Shown: positions 9,582 to 20,323, counted from the first letter of the stretch. The stretch: 64,000 bases of DNA from Minisyncoccota bacterium (GCA_041664205.1 JBAYLF010000004.1:12297-76296), one strand, 5' to 3'. Numbers and translations are program-made. The notes: generated from the sequence alone by a model not told the origin.

Positions 9582-11351
9582 ATGACAAAAAATACTTCAA
9601 AAATAAAAACTGAATGGGATCTGGAACTTCTTTACAAAGACAAAGATCAAATACCAAAAGATATTGAGACGATAAAAAAAGCGTTCACAGACTTTGAATC
9701 AAATTGGAAAAACAGAAATGACTACTTAGAAAACGAGCAAATTCTCCAAGAAGCACTTCATGATATAGAAGCGCTTTCTTTGATAACAGATGGCTGCAAG
9801 CCTTTGATGTATTACAACTATCGCCAAGCATTGAACAGCCAAGACAAAGAAGCTGAAGCTGCCTTGAACAAGCTTTCAAATGAGCTAATGCCATACTTTA
9901 ACAAGTGCCTTTTCTTCAGTATAAAATTAGGAAAAATATCCAAAGACCAGCAAGAACATTTTCTAAAGGCGAACAATCTTTCAAAATATAAATATTTCTT
10001 AAAAGTTTTATTTAATAATGCACAATACGACTTATCTGAAGCTGAAGAAAAAATAATGAATTTAAAAAGCATCACGAGTAGGGAACTTTGGATAAACGGA
10101 TCAGACAAAATTTTAAACAAACAAACCATAAACTTCAAAGGCAAAAAATTGCCGATATCAGAAGCGTCAAATAAAGTTAGAGAGCTCCCAACCAAAGATC
10201 GATATGCTTTACATAATTTATACGTTCAAAAACTTGTAGAACTTAGCGACGTTGCCGAAAACGAAATAAACGCTATCGTAACAGACAAGAAAGTAAACGA
10301 CGAGCTCCGCGGTTTCAAAATGCCTTACAGTGCAACGATACTTGGATATCAGAACGAAGAAAGAGAAATTCTTAATCTTGTAGAGACAGTAACAAAAAAC
10401 TTCAGTATCAGCCACAGATTTTATAAATTAAAATCCAAACTTCTAAAACTAAAAAAACTAAAATACGCCGACCGCAGTGTTTCGGTAGGAAAAACCACAA
10501 AAAGTATCAGCTTCAACGATTCTTACAAGATTCTACAAAAGGCATTCGATAAAGCTGATCCGCAGTTTGCTGAAATCCTTAAGCACTTTGCAGAAAATGG
10601 ACAGATAGATGTAAAACCTAAAAAAGGAAAAACTGGCGGAGCGTTTTGTTCTTCTTCAACCGGCAATCCTACTTTTGTTCTACTTAATCACACGCCTTCC
10701 ATAAATTCCGCAATGACATTCGGTCACGAAATGGGACACGCTATACACGCTGAACTTTCAAAAAGCCAACCGATACTTTATCAAGGCCACACTATTTCTG
10801 TAGCAGAAGTAGCAAGCACTCTTTTTGAAAATTTTGTATTTGATGAAATATTTGAAACATTAAGCGAGAAAGAAAAAATAGTCGCAATGCACGACAGATT
10901 GAATGACGACATCGCAACGATCTTCAGACAGATCGCGTGTTTCAATTTTGAATTAGAACTGCACACAAAAATCCGTGAAAAAGGCGCATTACCGAAAGAA
11001 GAGATCGCTTCCTTGATGAATATTCATATGAAAAAATATTTAGGTCCATCGGTAGACCTAACCAAAGAAGACGGATACTTTTTTGTTTGGTGGTCACACA
11101 TCAGAAATTTCTTTTATGTTTACTCTTATGCTTACGGACAACTCATAAGCAAATCGCTTTATGCTGAATATAAAAAAGATCCTAAATTTATTGAAAAGAT
11201 AAAACAATTTTTGAGTGCCGGCGGAAGCAAGAGTCCTGAACAAATTTTTAAAGAAGTTGGAATAGATACAACAAATCCAAATTTCTTTGAATCAGGTTTA
11301 AAACAGATAGAAGAAGATATCAAAAAACTTGAGAAACTGACGGCTAAATAA
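9582..11351 (+). CDS. pepF: M3B oligoendopeptidase F
   Basis: EWDL, KTGGAFC, HEMGH, AEVAS, HI..FYVYSYAYG. Confidence 0.9.
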   Translation: MTKNTSKIKTEWDLELLYKDKDQIPKDIETIKKAFTDFESNWKNRNDYLENEQILQEALHDIEALSLITDGCKPLMYYNYRQALNSQDKEAEAALNKLSNELMPYFNKCLFFSIKLGKISKDQQEHFLKANNLSKYKYFLKVLFNNAQYDLSEAEEKIMNLKSITSRELWINGSDKILNKQTINFKGKKLPISEASNKVRELPTKDRYALHNLYVQKLVELSDVAENEINAIVTDKKVNDELRGFKMPYSATILGYQNEEREILNLVETVTKNFSISHRFYKLKSKLLKLKKLKYADRSVSVGKTTKSISFNDSYKILQKAFDKADPQFAEILKHFAENGQIDVKPKKGKTGGAFCSSSTGNPTFVLLNHTPSINSAMTFGHEMGHAIHAELSKSQPILYQGHTISVAEVASTLFENFVFDEIFETLSEKEKIVAMHDRLNDDIATIFRQIACFNFELELHTKIREKGALPKEEIASLMNIHMKKYLGPSVDLTKEDGYFFVWWSHIRNFFYVYSYAYGQLISKSLYAEYKKDPKFIEKIKQFLSAGGSKSPEQIFKEVGIDTTNPNFFESGLKQIEEDIKKLEKLTAK

Positions 11352-11386
11352 TTTTTCAGATTTTCAAGTTATGTTATAGTATTTTT

Positions 11387-13213
11387 ATGAAATCAGACGA
11401 AATCAGAAGTAGATTTTTAGAATTTTTTAAAAAAAGGGGACACGCCATTATCCCTTCGGCTTCTTTAGTGCCTGAAAATGATCCGTCTGTGCTTTTTACA
11501 ACTGCCGGAATGCAACCGCTCGTGCCATATCTATTAGGCGAAAAACATCCCGCGGGCAACAAACTAGCAGATGTTCAAAAATGCATCCGCACGCAAGATA
11601 TTGATGAAGTGGGAGACAACACCCACGACACTTTCTTTGAAATGCTCGGAAATTGGTCACTTGGAGATTATTTCAAAAAAGACGCGATTAAGTGGAGTTA
11701 CGAATTTTTAACCTCAAAAGAAGAAGGGCTAGGACTTGATCCTAAACGCCTTTACATAACAGTATTTGAAGGTGATGAAAACGCGCCACAAGACACGGAG
11801 TCAGAAGAAATCTGGATAAACGCAGGAATACCTAAAAACCGGATTTACACTCTTCCTGCCAGCAAAAACTGGTGGAGTGCGGGAGAAAATGGCCCATGCG
11901 GTCCGGATACCGAAATGTATTACGATATCACGCCAGAAGGTCTTGGAGACTTAAGTTTTGAAGAATTTGCAAAAGCAGACGAAGAACAGAAAGTCATTGA
12001 AATCTGGAATGATGTTTTCATGGAATATTTAAAGAAAGATGGAAAAGTTGTAGGAAAACTGAACCAGCAAAATGTAGATACTGGCGCAGGACTCGAACGT
12101 ATGGCAACAGTTTTACAGAAAAAAGATAATGTTTTTGATACAGATTTATTTGAGCCGATAATGAAAAAAATTGATGAACTTGCTTCTGTAGACAACCTGC
12201 GCGCGCGACGAATTGTAGCTGACCATATCCGAACAAGCACTTTTGTTATTGCCGACGGAGTAACTCCGTCAAACACCGATCGCGGTTACATATTAAGAAG
12301 ACTTTTGAGACGAGCTGTTCGATACGCCGATGTGTTGAATATAAAAAACGGAGGACTTTCCGAAATATCCGAAACAGTTATTGAAAAATACAAGCATGTT
12401 TATCCAAATCTCGAAGAAGAAAAAAACAAGATAAAATCCGAAATAAACAGAGAAGAAGAAAAATTCAGACAAACTCTTGAACGAGCTATAAAAGAATTCG
12501 ATAAATCGGAATGGCGAGGTATACCAGATGAAAAAATTCCCAACAGAGGAGCTTTTTCTGGTCATGCTGCAAAAGTTTTACCAGGTGAAATTGTTTTTAA
12601 TCTTTATCAATCATACGGTCTACCAATAGAACTCACAGAAGAATTAGCCAAGGAAAAAGGGCTGTTGGTCAGTAGAGAAGATTTTAATCGTAGAATGAGT
12701 GAACACCAAGAACTTTCGCGAACAGGAGCAGAAAAGAAATTCAAAGGCGGTCTTGCTGATACAAGCGAGATCTCAGTCAAATATCACACAGCCACTCACA
12801 TGCTAAATGCCGCTCTAAGACAAGTTTTAGGTGATCATATAATGCAAAAGGGAAGTAACATCACAGTTGAGAGACTTCGCTTTGACTTCTCACATCCACA
12901 AAAAGTCACACCTGAAGAACTCAAAAAAGTGGAGGATATTGTAAATCAAAAAATAAAAGAAGCTTTGCCAGTAACTTATCAAGAAATACCAAAAGAAGAA
13001 GCTGAAAAAACCGGCGCGATCCACGCATTCGGTGAGAAGTATGGAGATATGGTAAAAGTCTACACAATTGGAAATGAAGAATTGGGGATTTTCAGTCGCG
13101 AATTCTGCGGAGGACCTCACGTATCAAACACTTCCGAACTTGGCTCGTTTAAAATCACAAAAGAAGAAGCTGTGTCAGCTGGAGTGAGAAGAATTAAAGC
13201 CGTATTAGAATAA
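11387..13213 (+). CDS. alaS: Alanine--tRNA ligase (compact form)
   Basis: LFTTAGMQ, HDTFFEMLGNWS, DTGAGLER, HTATH, CGGPHV. Confidence 0.97.
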   Translation: MKSDEIRSRFLEFFKKRGHAIIPSASLVPENDPSVLFTTAGMQPLVPYLLGEKHPAGNKLADVQKCIRTQDIDEVGDNTHDTFFEMLGNWSLGDYFKKDAIKWSYEFLTSKEEGLGLDPKRLYITVFEGDENAPQDTESEEIWINAGIPKNRIYTLPASKNWWSAGENGPCGPDTEMYYDITPEGLGDLSFEEFAKADEEQKVIEIWNDVFMEYLKKDGKVVGKLNQQNVDTGAGLERMATVLQKKDNVFDTDLFEPIMKKIDELASVDNLRARRIVADHIRTSTFVIADGVTPSNTDRGYILRRLLRRAVRYADVLNIKNGGLSEISETVIEKYKHVYPNLEEEKNKIKSEINREEEKFRQTLERAIKEFDKSEWRGIPDEKIPNRGAFSGHAAKVLPGEIVFNLYQSYGLPIELTEELAKEKGLLVSREDFNRRMSEHQELSRTGAEKKFKGGLADTSEISVKYHTATHMLNAALRQVLGDHIMQKGSNITVERLRFDFSHPQKVTPEELKKVEDIVNQKIKEALPVTYQEIPKEEAEKTGAIHAFGEKYGDMVKVYTIGNEELGIFSREFCGGPHVSNTSELGSFKITKEEAVSAGVRRIKAVLE

Positions 13214-13229
13214 AAATCACAGTTTTGGC

Positions 13230-13266
13230 AAAGCCCCGAATTTTTTTCAAAAAATTCGGGGCTTTT
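13230..13266 (+). terminator. Intrinsic terminator after alaS
   Basis: aaagccccgaattttt/aaaaattcggggcttt. Confidence 0.8.
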
Positions 13267-13314
13267 GCACACTTTTTGTAGATTTATTTATTTTTAATGT
13301 GTTACAATATAAGC

Positions 13315-14526
13315 ATGATTCGGTCTCTTTTTAAAAAAATAGATTATGAAATTGTTCTTATTTTTGATATAGGAAGTGGAAGTGTAGAAGGTTCGATTGT
13401 AAAATTAGTAAAAAATGCGCTTCCAGAAATTTTGTATTCCTATAGAGCAGATCTTCCATTCAGAAAAACACGAAATGCAGAAAAGCTTACACTACTTATA
13501 TTCCAAGAATTAAAAAGCGTAGCAGCGCATCTATCAAAAGAAGGATTAAAACACCCTAATTTTACTAAATTAGAAAATAAAAAGATTGTAAAAAGCTTTT
13601 TAGTTTTTTCTTCTCCGTGGACACTCAATAAAACAAAAATCGTAACAATTTCAAACAAAAAAGAATTTCTAGTGGATAGCAATCTAGTTGATAAAACTAT
13701 TGAAAACGAAGAAAAAAATATTTTTGAATCTTTTCCAGAGTATGAATCGGAATCTTTGCAAATTATAGAAAAAAAAGCAGTTAGTATACTTCTAAATGGA
13801 TACGAAACCACTCTGCCTTATGGGCAAAAAACTAATGAAATCACAATGACCTTAGTTTTTAGCTTAATAACCCGCAGTTTAGCAGAGAAGTGCGAAGAAA
13901 TTACAAAAAAATATTTTCCTTTTACCCCCTCTGAAATTCTTTCTTTTTCAATGGTTTCATTTACCACACTTAGAGACATGTTTCCGGAAGAAAGAAACTT
14001 TATGCTTTTAGACATAGGATCTGAAGTGACGGAAATAACAATAGTTAGAAATAACGCAATAAACGAAGTAATCTCATTTCCTTCCGGAAAAAACCTACTA
14101 ATTCGCAACGTTATTTCAAAAATGAAGATAGAACACGAGATGGCGCTTTCACTATTAAATACATGGCTTGAAAAGCACACTGACCATATCTCTTCTAAAA
14201 AAGTATCTGATATAATCTCAGATACAGAAAAAGAATGGATATCAAGTTTTCAAAAAGCAGTGCTTTCTGATGAAAATAAGTTTTCCATCCCGCAAACCAT
14301 CTTTATAACAGCAGACAGTAATTCTGGAGAAGTTTTTGCACAATTTCTCAAAAACGAAAACATTGCACAATTCAATAAAACTCAAGGAAAATTCAAAACA
14401 TGGGTTATAGATAGAGAAAAACTACTTACAAAATGCATATGGAGAATTCCACATAGTAGCGAACCTTTCATTGCAATAGAAAGCATTTTTCTAAACAAAA
14501 TATTCAATTCGGATAAACAAAAATAA
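13315..14526 (+). CDS. FtsA/PilM-like actin-fold protein
   Basis: FDIGSGSV and LDIGSEVTEI phosphate-loop-like motifs; start ATG 13315 lies 6 nt after TACAAT. Confidence 0.6.
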   Translation: MIRSLFKKIDYEIVLIFDIGSGSVEGSIVKLVKNALPEILYSYRADLPFRKTRNAEKLTLLIFQELKSVAAHLSKEGLKHPNFTKLENKKIVKSFLVFSSPWTLNKTKIVTISNKKEFLVDSNLVDKTIENEEKNIFESFPEYESESLQIIEKKAVSILLNGYETTLPYGQKTNEITMTLVFSLITRSLAEKCEEITKKYFPFTPSEILSFSMVSFTTLRDMFPEERNFMLLDIGSEVTEITIVRNNAINEVISFPSGKNLLIRNVISKMKIEHEMALSLLNTWLEKHTDHISSKKVSDIISDTEKEWISSFQKAVLSDENKFSIPQTIFITADSNSGEVFAQFLKNENIAQFNKTQGKFKTWVIDREKLLTKCIWRIPHSSEPFIAIESIFLNKIFNSDKQK

Positions 14527-14544
14527 TTTTTTATTTTAAAGACA

Positions 14545-15942
14545 ATGCATAAAAAAATTCAAGATATTGTTATACCAAAAAAATCAATAAGAAATATTGC
14601 TATTCCTGAGCATAAAAAAACTTTTTTAGAAATTGAACCTGAACCAGTGCAAAGAAAAAAAGAAGAGGATAAAGATCAACCAAACATAATAAAGGTGCAC
14701 AAGGAAAAAATTGAAAAACACGATCTAGAAAAAGAATTAAAAAAGCATACATCCTATAAAAGACCTGACATACAAAAAAGCAAATTAAAATATTTGCTTT
14801 TAATTCCAGCAACTATCTTAATATTTTTTATTTTTTATTTTTTACTAGGAAAATTTAACGAAGTAATTGTTTATATAAATCCCAGACAAGAAACTGTTCA
14901 AATAAATAATTCTTTTTCTGCTCATAGCGCACCAGGTTCAGAAGTTCTTTCTTATAATGTAGTAACAATAAATGAAGAAATGATCGAAAATGTAGATCCT
15001 ACTGGAGAAAAAACTGGCGAATCACAATCAAGAGGACGTGTTGTTATCTACAACAATTATTCAAAAGCCAGCCAGAGATTAGTAAGAAACACAAGGCTAG
15101 AAACTCAAGATGGACTAATATATAAAATCATTGATTCAGTTACAATTCCAGGAAAAACTGTCGCAAATGGCAAAGATGTAGCTGGAAGCATAGAAGTTGA
15201 TGCTTTAGCTGAAAGTCCGGGGCCAGATTACAACATAGGCTTAGCAGATTTTACAATTCCAGGATTCAAAAGTGATCCTGAAAAATACAAAAATTTTTAC
15301 GCAAGATCAAAAACAAAAATGACTGGCGGTTATTCAGGTTTAATAAAGATCGTTTCAGACGAAAAAACTACAGAGGTTAGAAATAGACTTCAGACACAAT
15401 TAAAAGATGAACTCATAAAGAAAGTAAAGTCTCAAACTCCAGAAAATTTTATAACTTTTAATAACGCACAATTTTTCGAATTTGCTTCCGACGATCCTAT
15501 CTTGAACGGAAGCACTTTTACAATTAAACAAAGTGCTACTGTCTATGCTCTTATTTTCAAGAAAGATGATATTATGTCGATAATCGCTAAATCAAATATA
15601 AAAAATTATGACGGATTGCCAATAGAGATGCCCGATATTCAAAACGCTAATTTTGAATTAGTAACAAAGCAAGATAAAAAATCACAGGAAAACCTCACTC
15701 CGATCTGGAAAAGAGATGTTATCGATTTTACCTTAAAGGGAAAAACTGAAACTCTGTGGAAAACTGACGAAGACGCTTTCAAGAAAGATCTTGTTGGAAA
15801 AAATAGAAGCGAGTTAAATAGTGTAGTTTCAAAATATAAAGGAATAAAAAACATCCAAGTAGTAATAAAGCCATTCTGGTTACAGACATTTCCAGATGAT
15901 CCTCAGAAAATAAAGTTTCAAGGAGGCACTTACAATAATTAA
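14545..15942 (+). CDS. Single-TM protein with baseplate J/gp47-like domain
   Basis: Charged N-tail, TM; RGRVVIYN, IEVDALAESPGPDYNIG, MTGG. Confidence 0.55.
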   Translation: MHKKIQDIVIPKKSIRNIAIPEHKKTFLEIEPEPVQRKKEEDKDQPNIIKVHKEKIEKHDLEKELKKHTSYKRPDIQKSKLKYLLLIPATILIFFIFYFLLGKFNEVIVYINPRQETVQINNSFSAHSAPGSEVLSYNVVTINEEMIENVDPTGEKTGESQSRGRVVIYNNYSKASQRLVRNTRLETQDGLIYKIIDSVTIPGKTVANGKDVAGSIEVDALAESPGPDYNIGLADFTIPGFKSDPEKYKNFYARSKTKMTGGYSGLIKIVSDEKTTEVRNRLQTQLKDELIKKVKSQTPENFITFNNAQFFEFASDDPILNGSTFTIKQSATVYALIFKKDDIMSIIAKSNIKNYDGLPIEMPDIQNANFELVTKQDKKSQENLTPIWKRDVIDFTLKGKTETLWKTDEDAFKKDLVGKNRSELNSVVSKYKGIKNIQVVIKPFWLQTFPDDPQKIKFQGGTYNN

Positions 15943-16067
15943 AAACTAACTTAAAAATGGTCAATTTTAAGTTAAATTATAAAAATAAAAGCATTAAAAT
16001 CGATTGCTAGTCAAAAGGGGTTGACTAAATAACCCTATTTTTGCTAGTATAACAAGACTGTTTTACA

Positions 16068-16286
16068 ATGGAAAATAAAAAAGACAAAGTCCAGGGTACC
16101 ACAGGTGTGGTTATAGAGGCTCTTCCTAATACCTTTTTTAAGGTCAGATTAGAAGACGGCAGCGAAATAATGACCTATCTTTCAGGAAAGATGAGGTTAA
16201 ATCGCATTCGAGTTCTAATAGGGGATAGAGTTTACGTTGAACTTGACCCTTACGGAGGAAAAGGAAGGGTATCAAAAAGACTCTAA
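16068..16286 (+). CDS. infA: Translation initiation factor IF-1
   Basis: [23 protein letters not shown]. Confidence 0.96.
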   Translation: MENKKDKVQGTTGVVIEALPNTFFKVRLEDGSEIMTYLSGKMRLNRIRVLIGDRVYVELDPYGGKGRVSKRL

Positions 16287-16305
16287 AAAACAAAACAATT
16301 TATAT

Positions 16306-16422
16306 ATGAAAGTAAAAGCATCGGTAAAAAAAATGTGTCCACAATGTAAAGTAGTCAGAAGAAAGGGCTACATTTATGTTATATGTAAAAGCAATCCAAA
16401 GCATAAACAACGCCAAGGATAA
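16306..16422 (+). CDS. rpmJ: 50S ribosomal protein L36
   Basis: [24 protein letters not shown]; true start 16306. Confidence 0.97.
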   Translation: MKVKASVKKMCPQCKVVRRKGYIYVICKSNPKHKQRQG

Positions 16423-16443
16423 TAATAAATTAAATTTAAAAGC

Positions 16444-16824
16444 ATGCGTATATCAGGTATAACAATTCCAGAAGAAAAAAGACTAGAGATCGCTCTTACA
16501 TCAGTTTTTGGTATAGGCCGACCTAGAGCTCAATACTTACTAGAAAAGGCTGGCATTGATTTCGGAAAGAAATCAAAAGATCTAACAGTAAATGAAGAAA
16601 ACGATATAAGAAAGATAATAGAAGAAGAATTCAAAATTGAAGGAGACCTAAAAAGAGAGGTTGCCGGAAACATCAAGCGACTAAAGGATATAAAGTGCTA
16701 CAGAGGTTCAAGACACACAAAAAGACTTCCAGTGCGAGGACAAAGAACAAAGACCAACGCAAGAACATGGAAGGGAGAGAAAAAGACCATGGGAACAGGA
16801 AGAAGAAAAGTTGAAAAGAAATAA
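16444..16824 (+). CDS. rpsM: 30S ribosomal protein S13
   Basis: LPVRGQRTKTNART. Confidence 0.97.
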   Translation: MRISGITIPEEKRLEIALTSVFGIGRPRAQYLLEKAGIDFGKKSKDLTVNEENDIRKIIEEEFKIEGDLKREVAGNIKRLKDIKCYRGSRHTKRLPVRGQRTKTNARTWKGEKKTMGTGRRKVEKK

Positions 16825-16835
16825 TTTTTAATATT

Positions 16836-17264
16836 ATGGGAAAAAAACGTATTGTAAAAAAATCAGATAGCGATAAGGAGGTTTCAAAAAGTAACTCATC
16901 TTCCATATCAAAAAGACATTTAGAAAATGGCATTTTTTATGTTAATTCAACTTACAACAATACTCTAGTATCACTTACAGATCCTAAGGGAAATATAATC
17001 TGTGCATCATCAAGTGGCGCATTAGGCTTCAGTGGCACAAAGAAAGGAACACCATTTGCAGCAGCAAAAGCAGGTGAATTGATTGGTTCAAAGGCTCAAT
17101 TGATGGGAATGAAAGAAGCTTTAGTTATTGTTAAGGGAATCGGAGCTGGAAGAGAATCTGCAATAAGAAGCTTCGCAGGAAAAGGCATAAATATTTCAGA
17201 GATCAGAGACATAACACCGGTTGCTTTTAATGGACCAAAACCTAAAAAACCAAGACGAGTATAA
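16836..17264 (+). CDS. rpsK: 30S ribosomal protein S11
   Basis: TYNNTLV, KKGTPFAA, KGIGAGRESAIR. Confidence 0.97.
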   Translation: MGKKRIVKKSDSDKEVSKSNSSSISKRHLENGIFYVNSTYNNTLVSLTDPKGNIICASSSGALGFSGTKKGTPFAAAKAGELIGSKAQLMGMKEALVIVKGIGAGRESAIRSFAGKGINISEIRDITPVAFNGPKPKKPRRV

Positions 17265-17292
17265 TTTATTACATTAGCTTTTTATAATCTTT

Positions 17293-17907
17293 ATGAAGAT
17301 CGGATCAAAATTTAAAATAGCAAGAAGATTGGGTGCCCCAATATTTGAAAAATGCCAAACAGAAAAGTTTGCGCTATCTTTATCAAGAAAATCAAAAACA
17401 AAGAAAACTGGAAGAAGGGGACCTTTAACTGACTTCGGAGCACAACTTATTGAAAAACAAAAAGCTCGTCTTACATATGGACTTTCAGAAAGACAATTTT
17501 CTAAATACGTTAAGGAGGTTATAGAAAAAAAATATCAAAAACAAGATGAGAAATTGTCTGAAGCTCTCGAATCAAGATTAGACAATGTTGTATACAGATT
17601 AGGCATAGCACCAACAAGAAGATCTGGTCGCCAATTTGTTTCTCATGGACATTTAATGGTAAATGGAAAAAAGGTAACAATACCTTCATATAGCGTTAAA
17701 AAAGGAGAAAAAATCGCAATTCGCGATGGAAGCAAAGAACACCATTTTGCAAAATCTATAAAAGAAAGATACGCAAACTGGAATCCACCTTCATGGTTGG
17801 CTTTCAATCCAGTAGCAATGACAGGAGAGATAAAAGGCGTGCCTCATTACGAACCACACGAACAATTATTCGATTTAAAAGCAATTTTGGAGTTCTACAG
17901 AAGATAG
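17293..17907 (+). CDS. rpsD: 30S ribosomal protein S4
   Basis: EKQKARLTYG, LESRLDNVVYRLG, RQFVSHGH. Confidence 0.97.
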   Translation: MKIGSKFKIARRLGAPIFEKCQTEKFALSLSRKSKTKKTGRRGPLTDFGAQLIEKQKARLTYGLSERQFSKYVKEVIEKKYQKQDEKLSEALESRLDNVVYRLGIAPTRRSGRQFVSHGHLMVNGKKVTIPSYSVKKGEKIAIRDGSKEHHFAKSIKERYANWNPPSWLAFNPVAMTGEIKGVPHYEPHEQLFDLKAILEFYRR

Positions 17908-17981
17908 TCACAGTTTTATTTGCTTTTTTAAAGAAAGTAATGTATAATTTAAAAACTTTATTATAACTAAAATAATTATTT

Positions 17982-18989
17982 ATGCTTGATTACAACGTAG
18001 TACTTCCATCAAAGCCTCGAGTCATAAAGGAAGAAAATTTCATTGGTATCTATGAAATTGACGGCCTTTACCCAGGCTATGGTCATACTTTGGGTAATTC
18101 GCTCCGAAGAATCATTCTTTCGTCACTTCCTGGAGCTGCTATTACATCTGTAAAAATTGATGGTGTAAGCCATGAATTTTCTACTATCGAAGGGATAAAA
18201 GAAGATGTGATAACAATAATCCTAAACTTAAAAAGAGTCCGATTGGAAATGCTCACAGACGAACCTCAAATTCTCAAGCTAAAAGTAAAAGGTGCAAAAG
18301 AAGTCACAGCAAATGACATCGAACTACCAGGCCAAATTAATATTTTGAACCCTGATCTTCATATTGCAGAGCTCACAGACAAGAGTGCTGAATTAAATAT
18401 GGAACTCACAGTTGAAAAGGGTCTTGGATATGTATCAAAGGAAGTCTTACAAAAAGAAAGAGTTGAGATTGGAACAATCACTTTGGATGCAAACTTCACT
18501 CCTATTAAAAGAGTAAATTACGAAGTTGAACATATGCGTGTTGGCACAAGAACTGACTTCAATAGATTAAAAATCTATATCGAAACAGACGGAACTGTTA
18601 ACCCACGCGAAGCTTTAGAAAAATCAATCGAAATAATGAGCTTGCAGTTAAAGGCAATAATCGGATTTAAGGAAGAAGAGGAAGAAATTTCTTCTTTACA
18701 AGAGAATACAGATTCAGAATCTGAGGAAGAAAAAGATGAATCCGAAGAAGACCAAAACAGCAAAAAAATATCAAAGGAAGCTTATGATGATGTTTTGAAA
18801 ACAAGAACAGACACTCTTGATTTATCACAAAGAACAGTTAATGCTTTAACAAATGCAAACATCAGAACAGTAGGAGGTATTGCTAGAAAGAAAGAAAAAG
18901 ATCTCCTAGAAATCGAAGGATTAGGTTCAAAAGGAGTAAAAGAGATCAAAAAATCATTAGGTAATTTTGGTATAACACTAAAAGAATAA
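17982..18989 (+). CDS. rpoA: RNA polymerase alpha subunit
   Basis: GHTLGNSLRRIILSSLPG, HEFSTIEG, alpha-CTD. Confidence 0.98.
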   Translation: MLDYNVVLPSKPRVIKEENFIGIYEIDGLYPGYGHTLGNSLRRIILSSLPGAAITSVKIDGVSHEFSTIEGIKEDVITIILNLKRVRLEMLTDEPQILKLKVKGAKEVTANDIELPGQINILNPDLHIAELTDKSAELNMELTVEKGLGYVSKEVLQKERVEIGTITLDANFTPIKRVNYEVEHMRVGTRTDFNRLKIYIETDGTVNPREALEKSIEIMSLQLKAIIGFKEEEEEISSLQENTDSESEEEKDESEEDQNSKKISKEAYDDVLKTRTDTLDLSQRTVNALTNANIRTVGGIARKKEKDLLEIEGLGSKGVKEIKKSLGNFGITLKE

Positions 18990-19011
18990 AAGATTTATTT
19001 AAAAAACTACA

Positions 19012-19359
19012 ATGAGGCACCACAGCAAAAACAAAAAGCTAAGCAGAGTAAAAAAAGTCCGCACAGGTCTAATGAGATCTCTTGCTAATTCACTTATTCG
19101 ATACAATAAGATTAAAACAACAGAAGTAAAAGCTAGAGCATTAAGACCACTTGCAGAAAAGATTGTAACTAAAGGAAAAAAGGGTGGAATTGCCAATATT
19201 AGATTAATAAGAACAATAGTAGGAACTCCTGAATGCAAAAAGATAATAGAAGAAATAGCTCCAAAATATAAAGGAAGAAGCGGAGGATACACAAGAATTA
19301 TCAAACTAGGAGCAAGAAAAAGCGACGGAAGTAAAATGGCAGTAATTGAATTCGTTTAG
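19012..19359 (+). CDS. rplQ: 50S ribosomal protein L17
   Basis: MRH, IKTT..KA, GGYTRIIK. Confidence 0.97.
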   Translation: MRHHSKNKKLSRVKKVRTGLMRSLANSLIRYNKIKTTEVKARALRPLAEKIVTKGKKGGIANIRLIRTIVGTPECKKIIEEIAPKYKGRSGGYTRIIKLGARKSDGSKMAVIEFV

Positions 19360-19377
19360 AAAATTTTTAAAATTACC

Positions 19378-19722
19378 ATGGATTACAAAATTGATGCAAC
19401 AAATAAAAAGTTAGGACGAATAGCTAGCGAAGCTGCAACTTTATTAATGGGTAAAAAAGAAGTTGATTTTGCAAGAAATAAACTCCCAAACACTAAAGTT
19501 ACAATCGTAAACGCTTCAAAAGCAAGTCTTGATGAAAAGAAAATGGAAATGAATTTGAAAGAACAATATTCAGGATATCCAGGAGGTTTAAAGAAAATTT
19601 CAATAAAACAAACGCTTGAAAAAAAGGGTTATGGAAAAATTTTTGAGAATGCTATAAAAGGCATGATCCCTAGAAATAAATTAAGACCATTGATCATGAA
19701 ACATTTAGTAATAACAGACTAG
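19378..19722 (+). CDS. rplM: 50S ribosomal protein L13 (short)
   Basis: IDAT..LGRIAS, SGYPGG, AIKGMIP. Confidence 0.93.
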   Translation: MDYKIDATNKKLGRIASEAATLLMGKKEVDFARNKLPNTKVTIVNASKASLDEKKMEMNLKEQYSGYPGGLKKISIKQTLEKKGYGKIFENAIKGMIPRNKLRPLIMKHLVITD

Positions 19723-19732
19723 TAATTATTTT

Positions 19733-20155
19733 ATGAAAACAGTAACCAAAGAAAATTTAACAGGAGAAAGATATATTGAGGCTGTAGGACGCAGAAAAAC
19801 ATCTACTGCCCGAGTACGCCTTTTCGCTAACACAAAAACAAGCTACGAGATCAACGAAAGAGAGTTAGAAAATTATTTTCCAACTGAAGAATTAAGAGCG
19901 ATCGCAACAGATGCATTAAGTAAATCGAAAATTCCAGCAAAATTCAAAATTACTGCCAAAATAACAGGTGGGGGAATACACTCTCAAGCAGAAGCTCTAC
20001 GACATGGAACTGCTAGAGCATTAATTGAATTTGATGCAGAACTTCGAAAGAAATTAAAGAAATTAACTTTTCTTAAGAGAGATCCTAGAGCAAAAGAAAG
20101 AAGAAAATTCGGTCTCAAGAAAGCTCGCAAGGCTCCACAATGGTCTAAACGATAA
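19733..20155 (+). CDS. rpsI: 30S ribosomal protein S9
   Basis: GRRKTS, GGG..QA, RDPRAKERRK, APQWSKR. Confidence 0.97.
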   Translation: MKTVTKENLTGERYIEAVGRRKTSTARVRLFANTKTSYEINERELENYFPTEELRAIATDALSKSKIPAKFKITAKITGGGIHSQAEALRHGTARALIEFDAELRKKLKKLTFLKRDPRAKERRKFGLKKARKAPQWSKR

Positions 20156-20160
20156 AACTA

Positions 20161-20195
20161 AAAATAAAACCGCTTCAAAAGCGGTTTTATTTTTT
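20161..20195 (+). terminator. Terminator of ribosomal protein block
   Basis: aaaataaaaccgctt/aagcggttttatttt. Confidence 0.8.
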
Positions 20196-20323
20196 AAATT
20201 TGAAGAAATTATCCCCAAATTCTACCTGATTAACCGTGCATAAGATGTTTATTCGAGATATCATAAATATGATGGTCTTTCTTTATGTATCTATATAGTT
20301 TTTAATTATAAATAATAAAAAAT

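Noticed and set aside
19378-19722. rplM as a pseudogene because it is short
   Set aside because: Core motifs and operon position are intact with no frameshift; a short form is plausible in reduced genomes.
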